Positions 31,553 to 41,751 are shown, counted from the stretch's first letter. The stretch is 64,000 bases of DNA from an uncultured virus (IMG/VR IMGVR_UViG_3300033144_003013) (IMGVR_UViG_3300033144_003013); one strand, 5' to 3'. The notes: generated from the sequence alone by a model not told the origin. Made by a program: numbers and translations.

Positions 31553-31673
31553 TGTATTTTGGTTTTATATTTCTTTAGTTTATTTATTTATAAATATCCA
31601 GTTAGAAAGTTTTTCTATTTACTTTTATTTTTTTTTCAGTAATCTCTACTAGAGCAAATAAAATATTAATAAT

Positions 31674-32525
31674 TTAAACTTCTTTTTTATCTCCTCCTTT
31701 AGTTAAATACGTTTTAACTGGTTTATCTTCATATTCTTTATCTAAAAATGCTTTAATCTTTTCTACATTGCCTGGGTCATCATCAGAAAACCCAATCATA
31801 GGTATAAAATTATTTTTTATATCATTCTTAAGAAAGGCTTTTTTACCGATTCTTTCACTCATCTCCTTAACATATGAAATAAATTCTCTTAACGCCTTTA
31901 TTTTACCCTCTTCAGGGTCCGCAGCATTACCCTCACCATATGTTACGGGATAATACTTGTTAAGGTCTAAATAATCGTTAATCATTATTGATGAGTCTTT
32001 TTCATCGTCACCCGACATATTACGATATTTCTTTAAATTGTCAATTAACATATCTTTGTCAATACCATTGTGGTTAGTTACTATCATATTATATATAGCA
32101 TCACGTAATACTGATGGTGTGTGACCTCTTGCAGTTATAATTGAGAAAATTGAACCACCGTTTATTGCTTCAACAAAATCGTTCCATGAAGGACCTGGCT
32201 TTGCCATCATTGAGTCAATTATAAATGCTTTATCTCCCTTTACACCGAAGTTTCTGTATGGGTCATCGGCATACCCCACAACCATTTCACCTTTATATTC
32301 GAAAGGTTCTTTACCTATGGACCCTCGATAATCTGCAAAATCCTCGGTAGACATACCTATTTCTTTACCTTCATCAGACATAACAATAATCTGAGTTGGC
32401 ATTGTAGCGATATTGTCGTCCCAATCAAAAGCATAGTATTTTAAATCAGGATTACCCTCAGGGTCAAACCCTTCACGTAATTGTTTTTCGTGATAAAACT
32501 CTCTAATAATCCTTTTTATACTCAT
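31674..32525 (-). CDS. HAD-superfamily hydrolase-like protein
   Basis: Motif I YAFDWDDN, motif II IITARG, a Lys in EEGK and motif IV GFSDDD. Confidence 0.7.
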   Translation of the reverse strand: MSIKRIIREFYHEKQLREGFDPEGNPDLKYYAFDWDDNIATMPTQIIVMSDEGKEIGMSTEDFADYRGSIGKEPFEYKGEMVVGYADDPYRNFGVKGDKAFIIDSMMAKPGPSWNDFVEAINGGSIFSIITARGHTPSVLRDAIYNMIVTNHNGIDKDMLIDNLKKYRNMSGDDEKDSSIMINDYLDLNKYYPVTYGEGNAADPEEGKIKALREFISYVKEMSERIGKKAFLKNDIKNNFIPMIGFSDDDPGNVEKIKAFLDKEYEDKPVKTYLTKGGDKKEV

Positions 32526-32677
32526 TACTTCTTATCTTTATTAGTATTAAGTTTTTCAATTAATCTTTCTAACTGATTCTCAGAAATTACAATATTTTGA
32601 GGTTTTTCAGAGAAAGACTTAGTTCCGTTAGCTTTAATAGATAACGCTTCGTTAAGTGCTTTTTTCTTAAATTCCAT
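32525..32677 (-). CDS. Small hypothetical protein (50 aa), not in the ORF track
   Basis: MEFKKKALNEALSIKANGTKSFSEKPQNIVISENQLERLIEKLNTNKDKK; its stop overlaps the next start (TAATG); TATTTAT upstream. Confidence 0.75.
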   Translation of the reverse strand: MEFKKKALNEALSIKANGTKSFSEKPQNIVISENQLERLIEKLNTNKDKK

Positions 32678-32712
32678 TTCCTTTTTTTTTATTTAAACGT
32701 TTAATAGGCTAA

Positions 32713-32734
32713 GAGGAGGGAATTAACCCTCCTC
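32713..32734. terminator. GC-rich hairpin downstream of the sheath gene (terminator or mRNA-stabilising stem)
   Basis: GAGGAGGG-AATTAA-CCCTCCTC; the U tract is weak. Confidence 0.6.
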
Positions 32735-32755
32735 AATATAATAAATAGTCAGATA

Positions 32756-35700
32756 TTAAATATCTTCGAAAGAAGCTCCTGTAGGTGTAATCAAGAATTC
32801 AATATCGATGAATTCAAGTGCTCTTGTTGGTTTCAGATAAATTTTACCTGTTAACGTGTTCGAGTCTAAATCTTCAGGAGTTCCAGAAACTGTCACTCTA
32901 AAGTCAATTAAACCTCTATCTCTTCTAATACTGTCTAAGATTGGATTAACTGAATCTAAGAATTCTTGTCTTACTTGTTCGTCATTTTGTTCGAACAATA
33001 ACCTAACTGCTACTGCGGAAATTAATTTACGTGCTTGTAATAACAATCTTCTAACGTTTATTCTGTCAAGTGCAGATTCTTTAATCTGTGTAGTTTTATT
33101 ACCCCATATAACAGTACCTACATCTGAGAAGGTCGCGATTGGGTTTAATCTTCCTACATATAAAGTGTCTCTATCTTCTTGTGTTAACTTCTTACGTGCT
33201 TTAACCGAATTAACTAAACCTCTTGTGTAACCCGCTGATGCGAACCAAGGGAAAGCTATATTATCTGTTAATGCTAAGTTTCTAACAACTTCACCTGTTG
33301 GTGGAAGATAAATTTGTGTATTATTTACCGAATCTCTTGTTAATATCCATGGATAGTAAGTTGCGGTGTAGTTAGAATCAATTCCTGTATCTTCTAAATT
33401 ATCTACCGCCTCTTCAGGATAAATGAAATTAGTGTCGAAATCACCTAATGTTGGTGTAAACATTTGATAATCAGGTGTAGTACAGATATAGATTGAATCC
33501 GCTCTGTCTTGTTCTATCATATCAATTGCTGACTCAACAAGATTAGAATTATTAACATAATCAATACCTGGTGTTGTGAATACATTTATATTAACCGCTT
33601 CAGGGTTATTAAATGTATACTGACCCCATAGGTATGCGTAATAATCAGTATTTGCCCAAGTTAATTGGTCAGGACCTGTGATTTGTTTAAACGCTCCCCA
33701 TCCTGTTGCGGTTGGGTAAGTTATAGAAGGTGCCGCACCTGCTCTAAATCCTGCTGCCCCTAATTGGTATCTGTCACCATTAGTTCTATATTCTCTATAG
33801 ATATCCCATCCGTCAAAACCTCCTGACGGTACTACAGTGAACTTACGAGAGTTTAGTCTATAATAAGGACTACTTTCATCAGGTTCCGAATCGAAACTTG
33901 CGTTACCCACTTCAAATGCAGTTTGACCTGAAGTTACATAATTAGATGAAATTAAAATAACCGTTGCTCCTGAATCCATATGGTAACCTTTAGTAAGGTA
34001 AGCCCATGGTTGTGAATCAGTAGCAGTTGCTAAATTGGTAGGATTTTGTTTTCCTTTATAAGATAAGAAGTCTGCGTCAATACCAGCGGTATTAGAAACA
34101 CCTAAGAATGTTCTTCTTACTTTATCGCCCGAACTTCTTGTTTCATTATCAGTTCCCGTAGCTGCTCCGAATGGTGGATTCCATATAACCTCACCTGGTG
34201 TGTCGTATTTAGTTTTATACTCTAAGAATGGTGATTTAACTCCTGAATATTGTCTAGTTTGATAACCTTTAAATCCACAAGGTAGTGAACCTATAGGTGC
34301 ATCTTCATTCATTTCTAACATTATAAATCTTGACCTCAATTCAAAGTCTCCGTTCGATGTACCAATTTTCTTAGCCACAAAACTATTTTGATTCGGGTCC
34401 ATAGTACAGTTAGTGAATTTTTCTAATACAACTGGATTTGCGTCAGTATCAAAGAAGTCACGAACAACAACATCAAACGTCCCATTGTTAAATGAAATAT
34501 TCATTATTGATATTTTAACCTCTAAGTTTGCTGAATTACCATCAGATATAGTTAAGAACTTAAACATATCATAAACTTTGTTACCTCTAAGTTCGGAAAC
34601 TAAATATGGTGTTTCAGGTGTTTGGTACCTATCTAAATACCAACCGATACTTGTATTAGAACCTAAGTCTTGTCTTGCACTTGGTAATGCCGTTAATGAA
34701 CAATCAAGACCTCTCACCCTACCAAGTCTATAACCTGTGTTTAGTAAGTTATAATATTCTTCTTCTAAGAATAATGGAACTTCAGATTTAGGTTTTGCAA
34801 AGTTAGATTTACCAAATACTTTTGATATGTAATTTGAATTTGCAATATTAAATGAAGTTGTAAAATTAAATGTATCATTGTCTGCAGTAACACCACTTAT
34901 CGCAAATGTTGCGAAAGGATTAGTGGATATCGCAGAATACGCTCCTGTACAATCTATCATTACATCAGTTAGACCTGATACTTCATAAACTGGACCATCA
35001 TCCGTAGTGTAGGTATCAATACCTCTTGAACGTAAAGTACCCACAACAACATCGTGATAATTTGAGTAAGGTGTACCACTGTAATCAGTTATATAAACTT
35101 CAGCAGTACCACTAAAGTTCAGACCTGCTGTGTTAACTAATGTTGTTACACCAAATCCAAAACCTGTACCATCATAAACGCCACCAGTTGCTGTAAATAA
35201 TGCATAATACCAAGGGTCGTTAACTGAAGAATCTAAGTCGTTATTTTCAAATTGTACATTATCAACTCCAAGTACATTTGTATTACCCGTATAATTAGGT
35301 GTTGATGACCCTGTTATACTACCATATGTTGAAGCACTTACCGCTCCCCAAAAATATGATGTCTGACCCGATGAAGCCGAGTTAACAATTTCTTGATATA
35401 AATATTGTTCAATATCACCTGAAATAGTAGACTCTCCACCTGTATATGTTTCATAAGGATGATTTATCACACCTGAAATGTTAGCGGGTAATGCACCGTA
35501 GTTACTAACAACAACACTTGTAGATGTTCCTGAAATACCTGAGAACTCAAGTATAATTGGACCTTGTGTACCTGTTACGGTTGTCCCTGTACTATCTAAG
35601 TTACCGATAGTTTTTATTGACCATGAAGGTCCTGCGTCATACCCCGATAAACCAAGTACTCTAGTAACAAACAATTGATTTGATTGTTGTAGATATGATT

Positions 35701-35944
35701 TAGCGATATACGCTGCTTCATACTTAGGTATCTGAGTATTCACAAATTTAGTTGGATTTGTACCACCGAAATAGGATTGGAACTCGTCAAAGTTAGTGAT
35801 GAAAATCGGCTCGAATGCTGGTCCCGAAATTGTTTCACCCACTAAACCAAGAGTAGTTACACCTACACTTTGTGCTACAAAACTTAAATCTCTTTCTGAT
35901 GTGTAAACACCCGGAGATACGAATACTTTGTTAGATGTCGCCAT
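32756..35944 (-). CDS. Contractile tail sheath protein, T4 gp18-like, with a large insertion domain
   Basis: SPGVYTSERDLS, PWFASAGYTRG, WGNKT, RINVRRL and PTRALEFI. Confidence 0.95.
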   Translation of the reverse strand: MATSNKVFVSPGVYTSERDLSFVAQSVGVTTLGLVGETISGPAFEPIFITNFDEFQSYFGGTNPTKFVNTQIPKYEAAYIAKSYLQQSNQLFVTRVLGLSGYDAGPSWSIKTIGNLDSTGTTVTGTQGPIILEFSGISGTSTSVVVSNYGALPANISGVINHPYETYTGGESTISGDIEQYLYQEIVNSASSGQTSYFWGAVSASTYGSITGSSTPNYTGNTNVLGVDNVQFENNDLDSSVNDPWYYALFTATGGVYDGTGFGFGVTTLVNTAGLNFSGTAEVYITDYSGTPYSNYHDVVVGTLRSRGIDTYTTDDGPVYEVSGLTDVMIDCTGAYSAISTNPFATFAISGVTADNDTFNFTTSFNIANSNYISKVFGKSNFAKPKSEVPLFLEEEYYNLLNTGYRLGRVRGLDCSLTALPSARQDLGSNTSIGWYLDRYQTPETPYLVSELRGNKVYDMFKFLTISDGNSANLEVKISIMNISFNNGTFDVVVRDFFDTDANPVVLEKFTNCTMDPNQNSFVAKKIGTSNGDFELRSRFIMLEMNEDAPIGSLPCGFKGYQTRQYSGVKSPFLEYKTKYDTPGEVIWNPPFGAATGTDNETRSSGDKVRRTFLGVSNTAGIDADFLSYKGKQNPTNLATATDSQPWAYLTKGYHMDSGATVILISSNYVTSGQTAFEVGNASFDSEPDESSPYYRLNSRKFTVVPSGGFDGWDIYREYRTNGDRYQLGAAGFRAGAAPSITYPTATGWGAFKQITGPDQLTWANTDYYAYLWGQYTFNNPEAVNINVFTTPGIDYVNNSNLVESAIDMIEQDRADSIYICTTPDYQMFTPTLGDFDTNFIYPEEAVDNLEDTGIDSNYTATYYPWILTRDSVNNTQIYLPPTGEVVRNLALTDNIAFPWFASAGYTRGLVNSVKARKKLTQEDRDTLYVGRLNPIATFSDVGTVIWGNKTTQIKESALDRINVRRLLLQARKLISAVAVRLLFEQNDEQVRQEFLDSVNPILDSIRRDRGLIDFRVTVSGTPEDLDSNTLTGKIYLKPTRALEFIDIEFLITPTGASFEDI

Positions 35945-35975
35945 GTTTAAATTTTTTCTTAAGTTTTATTTATAG

Positions 35976-36026
35976 ATAAATATTAGTAAAAAGATGAAAA
36001 AACTATTAAGTAAAGACTATATTTAT
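35976..36026. promoter_or_regulatory. Divergent pair of TATTTAT motifs (putative late promoters)
   Basis: Minus-strand copy at 35976-35982 faces the sheath gene; plus-strand copy at 36020-36026 faces the small RHH gene. Confidence 0.6.
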
Positions 36027-36042
36027 AAAGAGTAGGAAAAAG

Positions 36043-36064
36043 TTCTACCTTTTTTCTACCTTTT
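36043..36064. repeat. Perfect tandem 11-mer (TTCTACCTTTT x2), candidate operator
   Basis: Lies between the putative promoter and the ATG of the RHH-like gene. Confidence 0.6.
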
Positions 36065-36076
36065 AAAAAAACACCG

Positions 36077-36226
36077 ATGAGTAAAATAAAAAACATAAAA
36101 ATTTCACCTGAGTCACACGAACTACTAAAAAGTTACTGTGAAAAACATGGATTTAAAATATATAAGTTCTTAGAAAAACTAATAGAGGAAAATTGTAAAG
36201 AAGTGAGGGATATATACGGAGAATAA
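36077..36226 (+). CDS. Small ribbon-helix-helix-like DNA-binding protein (49 aa), not in the ORF track
   Basis: MSKIKNIKISPESHELLKSYCEKHGFKIYKFLEKLIEENCKEVRDIYGE: alternating beta strand, helix, Gly turn, helix. Confidence 0.7.
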   Translation: MSKIKNIKISPESHELLKSYCEKHGFKIYKFLEKLIEENCKEVRDIYGE

Positions 36227-37267
36227 TTAAAGTAGTCTCGCTTTAGCTTTTAAAACTGAAGACTTAGTATTATCATTTTTTATAACATCAATTTTAATTA
36301 AGTCATTAGTAGATACCTTTATAGTTGTAACATCATCCCCTATATAATTACCATTTATATAGACGGAATAACTATCAACATTAGTTGACTCTAATATTGT
36401 TAAATCAACTTGATATCTATAAGTTTCACTTAATGATGTTATTCCACTTGTAAATAAAATATCTAAATCAAAGTTTTTAGGATTAGACGGATATTTTTCT
36501 GCTCTCCTACTTTTATTAAATGTTTCAACTTCAAAAACAGTTGAGGTTCTTGATATTGCTGGTGACACTTCAAACTCTTCCTCATCTAATAAAAATCCCA
36601 TCATTAAAAATTCATAATTTTGAACATAGTATTTTCTTTTCTCTAATTCTAATACAGATTCATCAGAAGAAGAGTTTAGAATTAAAGGAATATAATGTCC
36701 TTTAATTTCAGTATAAGCCTGTCTTGAAGAAAAAGTTTGTAATACCTTTTTATTAAAATCATTTAATTGTCTCATCTTATTACAAAAGATTTTAACATTA
36801 TAAGTAATATCTACAGGAACAGGTTGAGGTATTTTGTAAATGTCCATACCCTTTCTTTGTCCGTCCCAAGTAGGTACTTTGGCATAATAAAATTGTTTTC
36901 TATTTGGTATCGTATACTGTAATGATGGATTGGTTCCAAACTTTACATCAGGGTTTCTTACTGTTGCAACAAAAGGGGGTTTTATATTTTTATCTAAATC
37001 TTGAAAATTCCAAGTCTCAGTAAATTGAGCCCAATTCTGTGTTGTAATAATTAAATCGAGAGTGTTAATTTTTTTACCACTAACTGAAATACCTAAATCT
37101 TCTTTTACAAAATCTAACATACCTCTATCTAAATCTGCATGTAATATAGATTTAGGTAAATATGTCCCATCTTCTTGAATTTGTTCAAGAAGTTCTTCTC
37201 TCCTTTGTAGTAAAATTTTATCAGGAGTTAAGGGTAAATGTTTTTTTACGTTCTTAGGTAGTGCCAT
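36227..37267 (-). CDS. Tail completion / sheath terminator-like protein (gp15-like)
   Basis: PQPVPVDITYNVKIF…QLNDFNKKVL pattern; positioned between neck and sheath genes. Confidence 0.6.
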   Translation of the reverse strand: MALPKNVKKHLPLTPDKILLQRREELLEQIQEDGTYLPKSILHADLDRGMLDFVKEDLGISVSGKKINTLDLIITTQNWAQFTETWNFQDLDKNIKPPFVATVRNPDVKFGTNPSLQYTIPNRKQFYYAKVPTWDGQRKGMDIYKIPQPVPVDITYNVKIFCNKMRQLNDFNKKVLQTFSSRQAYTEIKGHYIPLILNSSSDESVLELEKRKYYVQNYEFLMMGFLLDEEEFEVSPAISRTSTVFEVETFNKSRRAEKYPSNPKNFDLDILFTSGITSLSETYRYQVDLTILESTNVDSYSVYINGNYIGDDVTTIKVSTNDLIKIDVIKNDNTKSSVLKAKARLL

Positions 37268-37827
37268 TATTTTTTTGTTTCACTAATAAAAAAGACTTTA
37301 TCTTTTGAGTTAATCATCTCAACTTCATTTGCATTAAATATAGGTTCTTCACTATCTTTTCTTACAAATGAATCATATTTGTAAGGATTGTAAGTTATAA
37401 TTTTATCGTTTGGTGGTTCAGGTAAATTTTCACAAGGGTAAGTACAATAATCTAAAAGAGTACCAATGACAAATGCGTGAACATTTTTTCTCATTTCATC
37501 TCTAACTCTTTCTTTACCTCCTTGTCTTACTCTAAATTCAACATCACTCAACTTAACGTAATCGGCATATATAACAATCTTATTCTTATAAGAAACGGAA
37601 AATGTATGTTTGTGTAAGTTGTAATATACCATAACCTTTTTTCCAATATAATTAACTTCTTGATTATCATTACCGCACTTATGGCAAATGTAAGGGTCGT
37701 CACCCCCATCAGTTAAGTCCCAAGACCATCCACATCCATCACAAATGACTTTTTCTCCTGAAACTTCTTCACACAAATAAGACATTTGATTTTTAATTAA
37801 ATTTATTTCTTTTAATAATTTTTTCAT
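37267..37827 (-). CDS. Hypothetical protein with a Zn-ribbon and a conserved phage domain
   Basis: CDGC…CHKC followed by YYNLHK…RVRDEMRKNVHAFVIG…YNPYK. Confidence 0.7.
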   Translation of the reverse strand: MKKLLKEINLIKNQMSYLCEEVSGEKVICDGCGWSWDLTDGGDDPYICHKCGNDNQEVNYIGKKVMVYYNLHKHTFSVSYKNKIVIYADYVKLSDVEFRVRQGGKERVRDEMRKNVHAFVIGTLLDYCTYPCENLPEPPNDKIITYNPYKYDSFVRKDSEEPIFNANEVEMINSKDKVFFISETKK

Positions 37828-38339
37828 ATCCCTCTAAATTCACCGTCATTAACAGGGGCGGCTATTATACTCCTATAGAAAGGTTTATAACCACCATATG
37901 TATGTTTATTGTCACTTACAACACGACCATCGTTAACTACTGAATAATATCTTACTCTATCTTCAGTTTCGTAGTAACCTATGTAATCTCCATAGTCAAT
38001 ATCTATTTGTAATTCATCTAACGCGTCTTGGTAAACACCAATTTTTAAATTACCTGGCTCCATTTGTGATAAGTTAGAATTTGCGTAATTTTGATTGTCA
38101 GGGGTTTCAATAGTTACGTAACCTCTAAATTCTACGGGTGGTAAAAACTGAATACCGTCCTCTTCCGTTTCTCCGTAAACATCATCGGTTTTGGTTTTTT
38201 GTCTATCAACACGGTATAGAACTAAAGTAAAGTTCATATCTCCCTCAAGCCATTCGCGACCCATATTTTGTTCTAAACCAAAATCTTCGGACCCAAAAAA
38301 CTTTTCTAATCTTGTTATAGGTATCTTTCTATTACTCAT
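37824..38339 (-). CDS. Head closure / neck protein (gp14-like)
   Basis: DDVYGE…F.PPVE…GDYI pattern; TATTTAT motif upstream. Confidence 0.55.
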   Translation of the reverse strand: MSNRKIPITRLEKFFGSEDFGLEQNMGREWLEGDMNFTLVLYRVDRQKTKTDDVYGETEEDGIQFLPPVEFRGYVTIETPDNQNYANSNLSQMEPGNLKIGVYQDALDELQIDIDYGDYIGYYETEDRVRYYSVVNDGRVVSDNKHTYGGYKPFYRSIIAAPVNDGEFRGI

Positions 38340-38342
38340 ATA

Positions 38343-38375
38343 TTGATAAATACTTAGTTTATTGTTATATTATAA
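38343..38375 (+). promoter_or_regulatory. Putative promoter for the SNF2 helicase
   Basis: TTGA-N15-TTGTTATATTATAA, the same 14-mer as upstream of the SSB gene. Confidence 0.55.
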
Positions 38376-38385
38376 ATATTTCATT

Positions 38386-40149
38386 ATGGAAAGTAAGAAA
38401 GATAAGTTATCAAAAATACCCGAAGTAAGGGCCCAACGTATTTTAGAAGATTACGATGGGTTCAATAACTACATTTTGTCTATACAAAAAAAGTTTAAAG
38501 AACAAAAACACTTTAAATTAACTCGAGCACAGTCAGACTATATTAATACTTACCATAAACGAACACCTAAAATTGCTAGAAGATGGGTTGATTTAGATAG
38601 TTATTTTGGAAAAAAAATGATGGAGGATAAACTCCTAACCAGAATCCCTGAAAAAGTATATATTGAAAAACTTTTAGTAGAAAAAGACAAATCATTTCAC
38701 ATATGGGGTAAAATATTTGAAAGTGAAAAACTTCATTCGTTTTGGTTACCTCGTGTTGCATTAATAAAAACACAAGAAATAAAAGAAGTTAAAATTGACT
38801 ATGATGAATACAAACATCGCCCACCATTAGAACATCAAAAAGAGGCGATAGAAAAGTTAGCGTCACATAAAAAGTATATCTTAGCTGACGACATGGGATT
38901 GGGAAAAACCACCTCAACAGTAATCGCCGCTTTAGAATCAAAGGCTGAACGAGTATTAATTGTCTGTCCCGCATCTTTAAAAATAAATTGGAAACGAGAA
39001 ATTGAAAATTATACCGATAAGTCTATATCAATAATTGAAGGTAAAAAATGGGAAAGTGCCGATTTTGTTATTATAAATTATGATATTTTAAAAAACTTTC
39101 ACGATTTAAAAAATAAAGAAGAATCGATAATTTTACAGGAAGGGTTTGATTTAGTCGTTGTGGACGAAGCCCATTACATACAAAATGTACAAGCTAAACG
39201 AACCAAATTAATTAATGACATTATTAATTTAATAGGTAAAGTATGGTTACTTACTGGTACACCTATGACCTCAAGACCGATAAACTATTATAATCTTTTA
39301 AATTTAGTTGAATCTCCTGTTGCATATAATTGGATGGCATATGTTATTAGGTATTGTGAAGGATATCAATTTAATGTTGGTAATAGAAAAGTTTGGAACG
39401 TAAACGGTTCGTCTAACCTTTTGGAGTTAAGAGATAGAACCAAAACACATGTACTAAGAAGATTAAAAGAAGATATATTAGACCTACCTGATAAAATTAT
39501 CACTCCAGTATACCTTAATTTAAAGTCTAAAGATTATGAAGCTCTTATGGGTGAGTATTATGATTGGATGGAAGATGACCGAGAAAAAAAATCATTAACG
39601 GTCCAATTTTCAATGTTGATGAAAGTTAGACAAGTCATTGCCGAGAATAAAATAAAAGAAACTTGTGAAATCGTTGAAAATATAATTGAGCAAGGTAAAA
39701 AGGTTATTGTGTTCACCAACTTTACGGATACACTAAATAGAATTGTGGACCACTTTGGTAAAAAGGCGGTTAAGTTAGACGGAAAAATGTCTAAATCTGC
39801 AAGACAACATTCAGTTGACCAATTTCAGGAAAATGACAAAATAAAAGTTTTTGTTGGTAATTTGAAAGCCGCAGGTGTAGGTATAACCCTTACCAAAGCA
39901 GAAGCTGTAGTTATGAATGATTTATCATTTGTACCTTCAGACCATTCACAGGCCGAAGATAGAGCATATAGATACGGTCAAAAATCTAATGTTTCAGTTT
40001 TCTACCCAATATTTGAAAACTCAATAGAAGGAATTATATATGATATTCTGTCACAAAAAAAGAATATTTTTGAGACAGTAATGGGGGATAATGAGGGTAA
40101 AGGGGACATTATGGAACAAATTATAAATGAAATATCGGTTAGACGATAA
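38386..40149 (+). CDS. SNF2-family (SMARCAL1/HARP-like) helicase
   Basis: LADDMGLGKT, DEAH, LTGTP, LRRLK and QAEDRAYRYGQ. ATG at 38386 preferred over the track's TTG start. Confidence 0.92.
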   Translation: MESKKDKLSKIPEVRAQRILEDYDGFNNYILSIQKKFKEQKHFKLTRAQSDYINTYHKRTPKIARRWVDLDSYFGKKMMEDKLLTRIPEKVYIEKLLVEKDKSFHIWGKIFESEKLHSFWLPRVALIKTQEIKEVKIDYDEYKHRPPLEHQKEAIEKLASHKKYILADDMGLGKTTSTVIAALESKAERVLIVCPASLKINWKREIENYTDKSISIIEGKKWESADFVIINYDILKNFHDLKNKEESIILQEGFDLVVVDEAHYIQNVQAKRTKLINDIINLIGKVWLLTGTPMTSRPINYYNLLNLVESPVAYNWMAYVIRYCEGYQFNVGNRKVWNVNGSSNLLELRDRTKTHVLRRLKEDILDLPDKIITPVYLNLKSKDYEALMGEYYDWMEDDREKKSLTVQFSMLMKVRQVIAENKIKETCEIVENIIEQGKKVIVFTNFTDTLNRIVDHFGKKAVKLDGKMSKSARQHSVDQFQENDKIKVFVGNLKAAGVGITLTKAEAVVMNDLSFVPSDHSQAEDRAYRYGQKSNVSVFYPIFENSIEGIIYDILSQKKNIFETVMGDNEGKGDIMEQIINEISVRR

Positions 40150-40188
40150 ATTTTTATTGTTAACGATTATTTATAATAAAAAAAACAA

Positions 40189-41751
40189 ATGAAGTTCAAA
40201 AGATTAAAAAATAAAATCTCAGAGATTGAACATAAATTAAAAAGCCGAGAAAATTTAACAGAAGTTAAAGAAATTGTCTCGCAAAAATCACCACAAATTT
40301 TAACAGAAATGAAAAAAATAGGTATTGAAAAATTACCATACTCTTATTCTGCCTTAGAGAGATTTATAGATTCTGAAACTATGGATACTCACTATAATAA
40401 ACATTATAAAGGGTATGTTAAAAAATTAAATAACGCGCTATCAAACAGAATAGACGGTAATATTGAGATAGAGCAGTTAATAAAAGGAATATCACGATAT
40501 AATAAAACAATCAGAGACAATGCTGGAGGAGTGTTTAACCACTCTCTTTTTTGGAAAATGTTATCACCAAAAAAACAAAGAGCACAGGGAGAGGTTTATG
40601 AAAAAATAATTAAAGACTTTGGAGATTTTTCAAAGTTTAAAAGGATTTTTAGTAATGAGGCGTTAAAAAACTTTGGTTCAGGATGGACTTGGTTGGTAGT
40701 GAGTAAGTCTGGTAAATTAAAAGTGATGTCTACACCTAATCAGGACAATCCACTAATGAATGTAATAAAAAATGGAGGGTACCCAATTTTAGGGATTGAC
40801 ACATGGGAACACGCTTATTATTTAAAATATCGAAATAAAAGAGATGAATATATAAGAAATTTTTGGTCAGTCATTAATTGGGATTATGTAAATGAACTCT
40901 ATAGTAGTCAGGTTAATAAAAAAATTAATGAAACCAATCAAGTTAAAAGTATAATATCTGAAGGTTCAAGTCCTGGATGTAATAGAAATCAAGTACAAAC
41001 ATATAGAAGGTTGTTTAATACCAATCCAGAAATAAAAAAGAGGTTTATGTACACCATAATGGACATTCTTAAAGAGGTATTTTCTGACTATTGGTATGAA
41101 AAAAATAAATATTCTAAAGGACAAATGTCGGGTGTTTATGATTACGAACAAAAAGGTCGTTCAGTTATAAATAAATTAAACACAAATTACACCGCGTTTT
41201 GTACTTTGGTAACTGATACTAATAAATTCTTAAAAAAATATGGTATAGATGTTATTAATTTTAATAATAAAAACCATAAAGAACAATTAAAAGAAGTCGA
41301 TAGACTTAATAAGTATCTTATTGAACTAAGATATAGTATGTTTGACTCTAACTCTGAAACTTTTAAAACTATAATGTCAGGTCTTGATAAAACTAATAAA
41401 TTTGGAGATAAGAGAGAGGTCGATGCGGTAGTAAACTTAAAAAATATATTTAAAACCGATAATGTTAAAAAAGTTGGAGAACTTGGAGACGTAGACGATA
41501 TGATTGGAGGAATTGACGCTACTGTTACCGTAAATGAAGAAACGAAGACAATGCAAATTAAACCATTTAATCGTATAACAAAACAAAATGGTAAGGTAAC
41601 TGTTTATGGTACGGGTAATGTAAAACCATATAAAACTGACTTTTTAGTTTTTCATAGTAATAAATTAGGAACTTTAGTTTTTGAAAATAAAAATACAAAA
41701 ATTATTAACGGTAGATACGTCTTTACGGAGTCATCTGAATATAATATTTAA
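40189..41751 (+). CDS. Fe/Mn superoxide dismutase (Mn-type signature) fused to a C-terminal PD-(D/E)xK-like domain
   Basis: LPYSYSALE, HYNKH, NAGGVFNHSLFW, FGSGW, NQD and DTWEHAYY, followed by about 280 extra residues ending in GDKRE…GIDA…QIKP. Confidence 0.85.
   Translation: MKFKRLKNKISEIEHKLKSRENLTEVKEIVSQKSPQILTEMKKIGIEKLPYSYSALERFIDSETMDTHYNKHYKGYVKKLNNALSNRIDGNIEIEQLIKGISRYNKTIRDNAGGVFNHSLFWKMLSPKKQRAQGEVYEKIIKDFGDFSKFKRIFSNEALKNFGSGWTWLVVSKSGKLKVMSTPNQDNPLMNVIKNGGYPILGIDTWEHAYYLKYRNKRDEYIRNFWSVINWDYVNELYSSQVNKKINETNQVKSIISEGSSPGCNRNQVQTYRRLFNTNPEIKKRFMYTIMDILKEVFSDYWYEKNKYSKGQMSGVYDYEQKGRSVINKLNTNYTAFCTLVTDTNKFLKKYGIDVINFNNKNHKEQLKEVDRLNKYLIELRYSMFDSNSETFKTIMSGLDKTNKFGDKREVDAVVNLKNIFKTDNVKKVGELGDVDDMIGGIDATVTVNEETKTMQIKPFNRITKQNGKVTVYGTGNVKPYKTDFLVFHSNKLGTLVFENKNTKIINGRYVFTESSEYNI

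Noticed and set aside
4933..38339. Bacterial extracellular contractile injection system rather than a phage
   Set aside because: Neck genes and a full T4-like replication set are interleaved with the tail genes, which indicates a phage.
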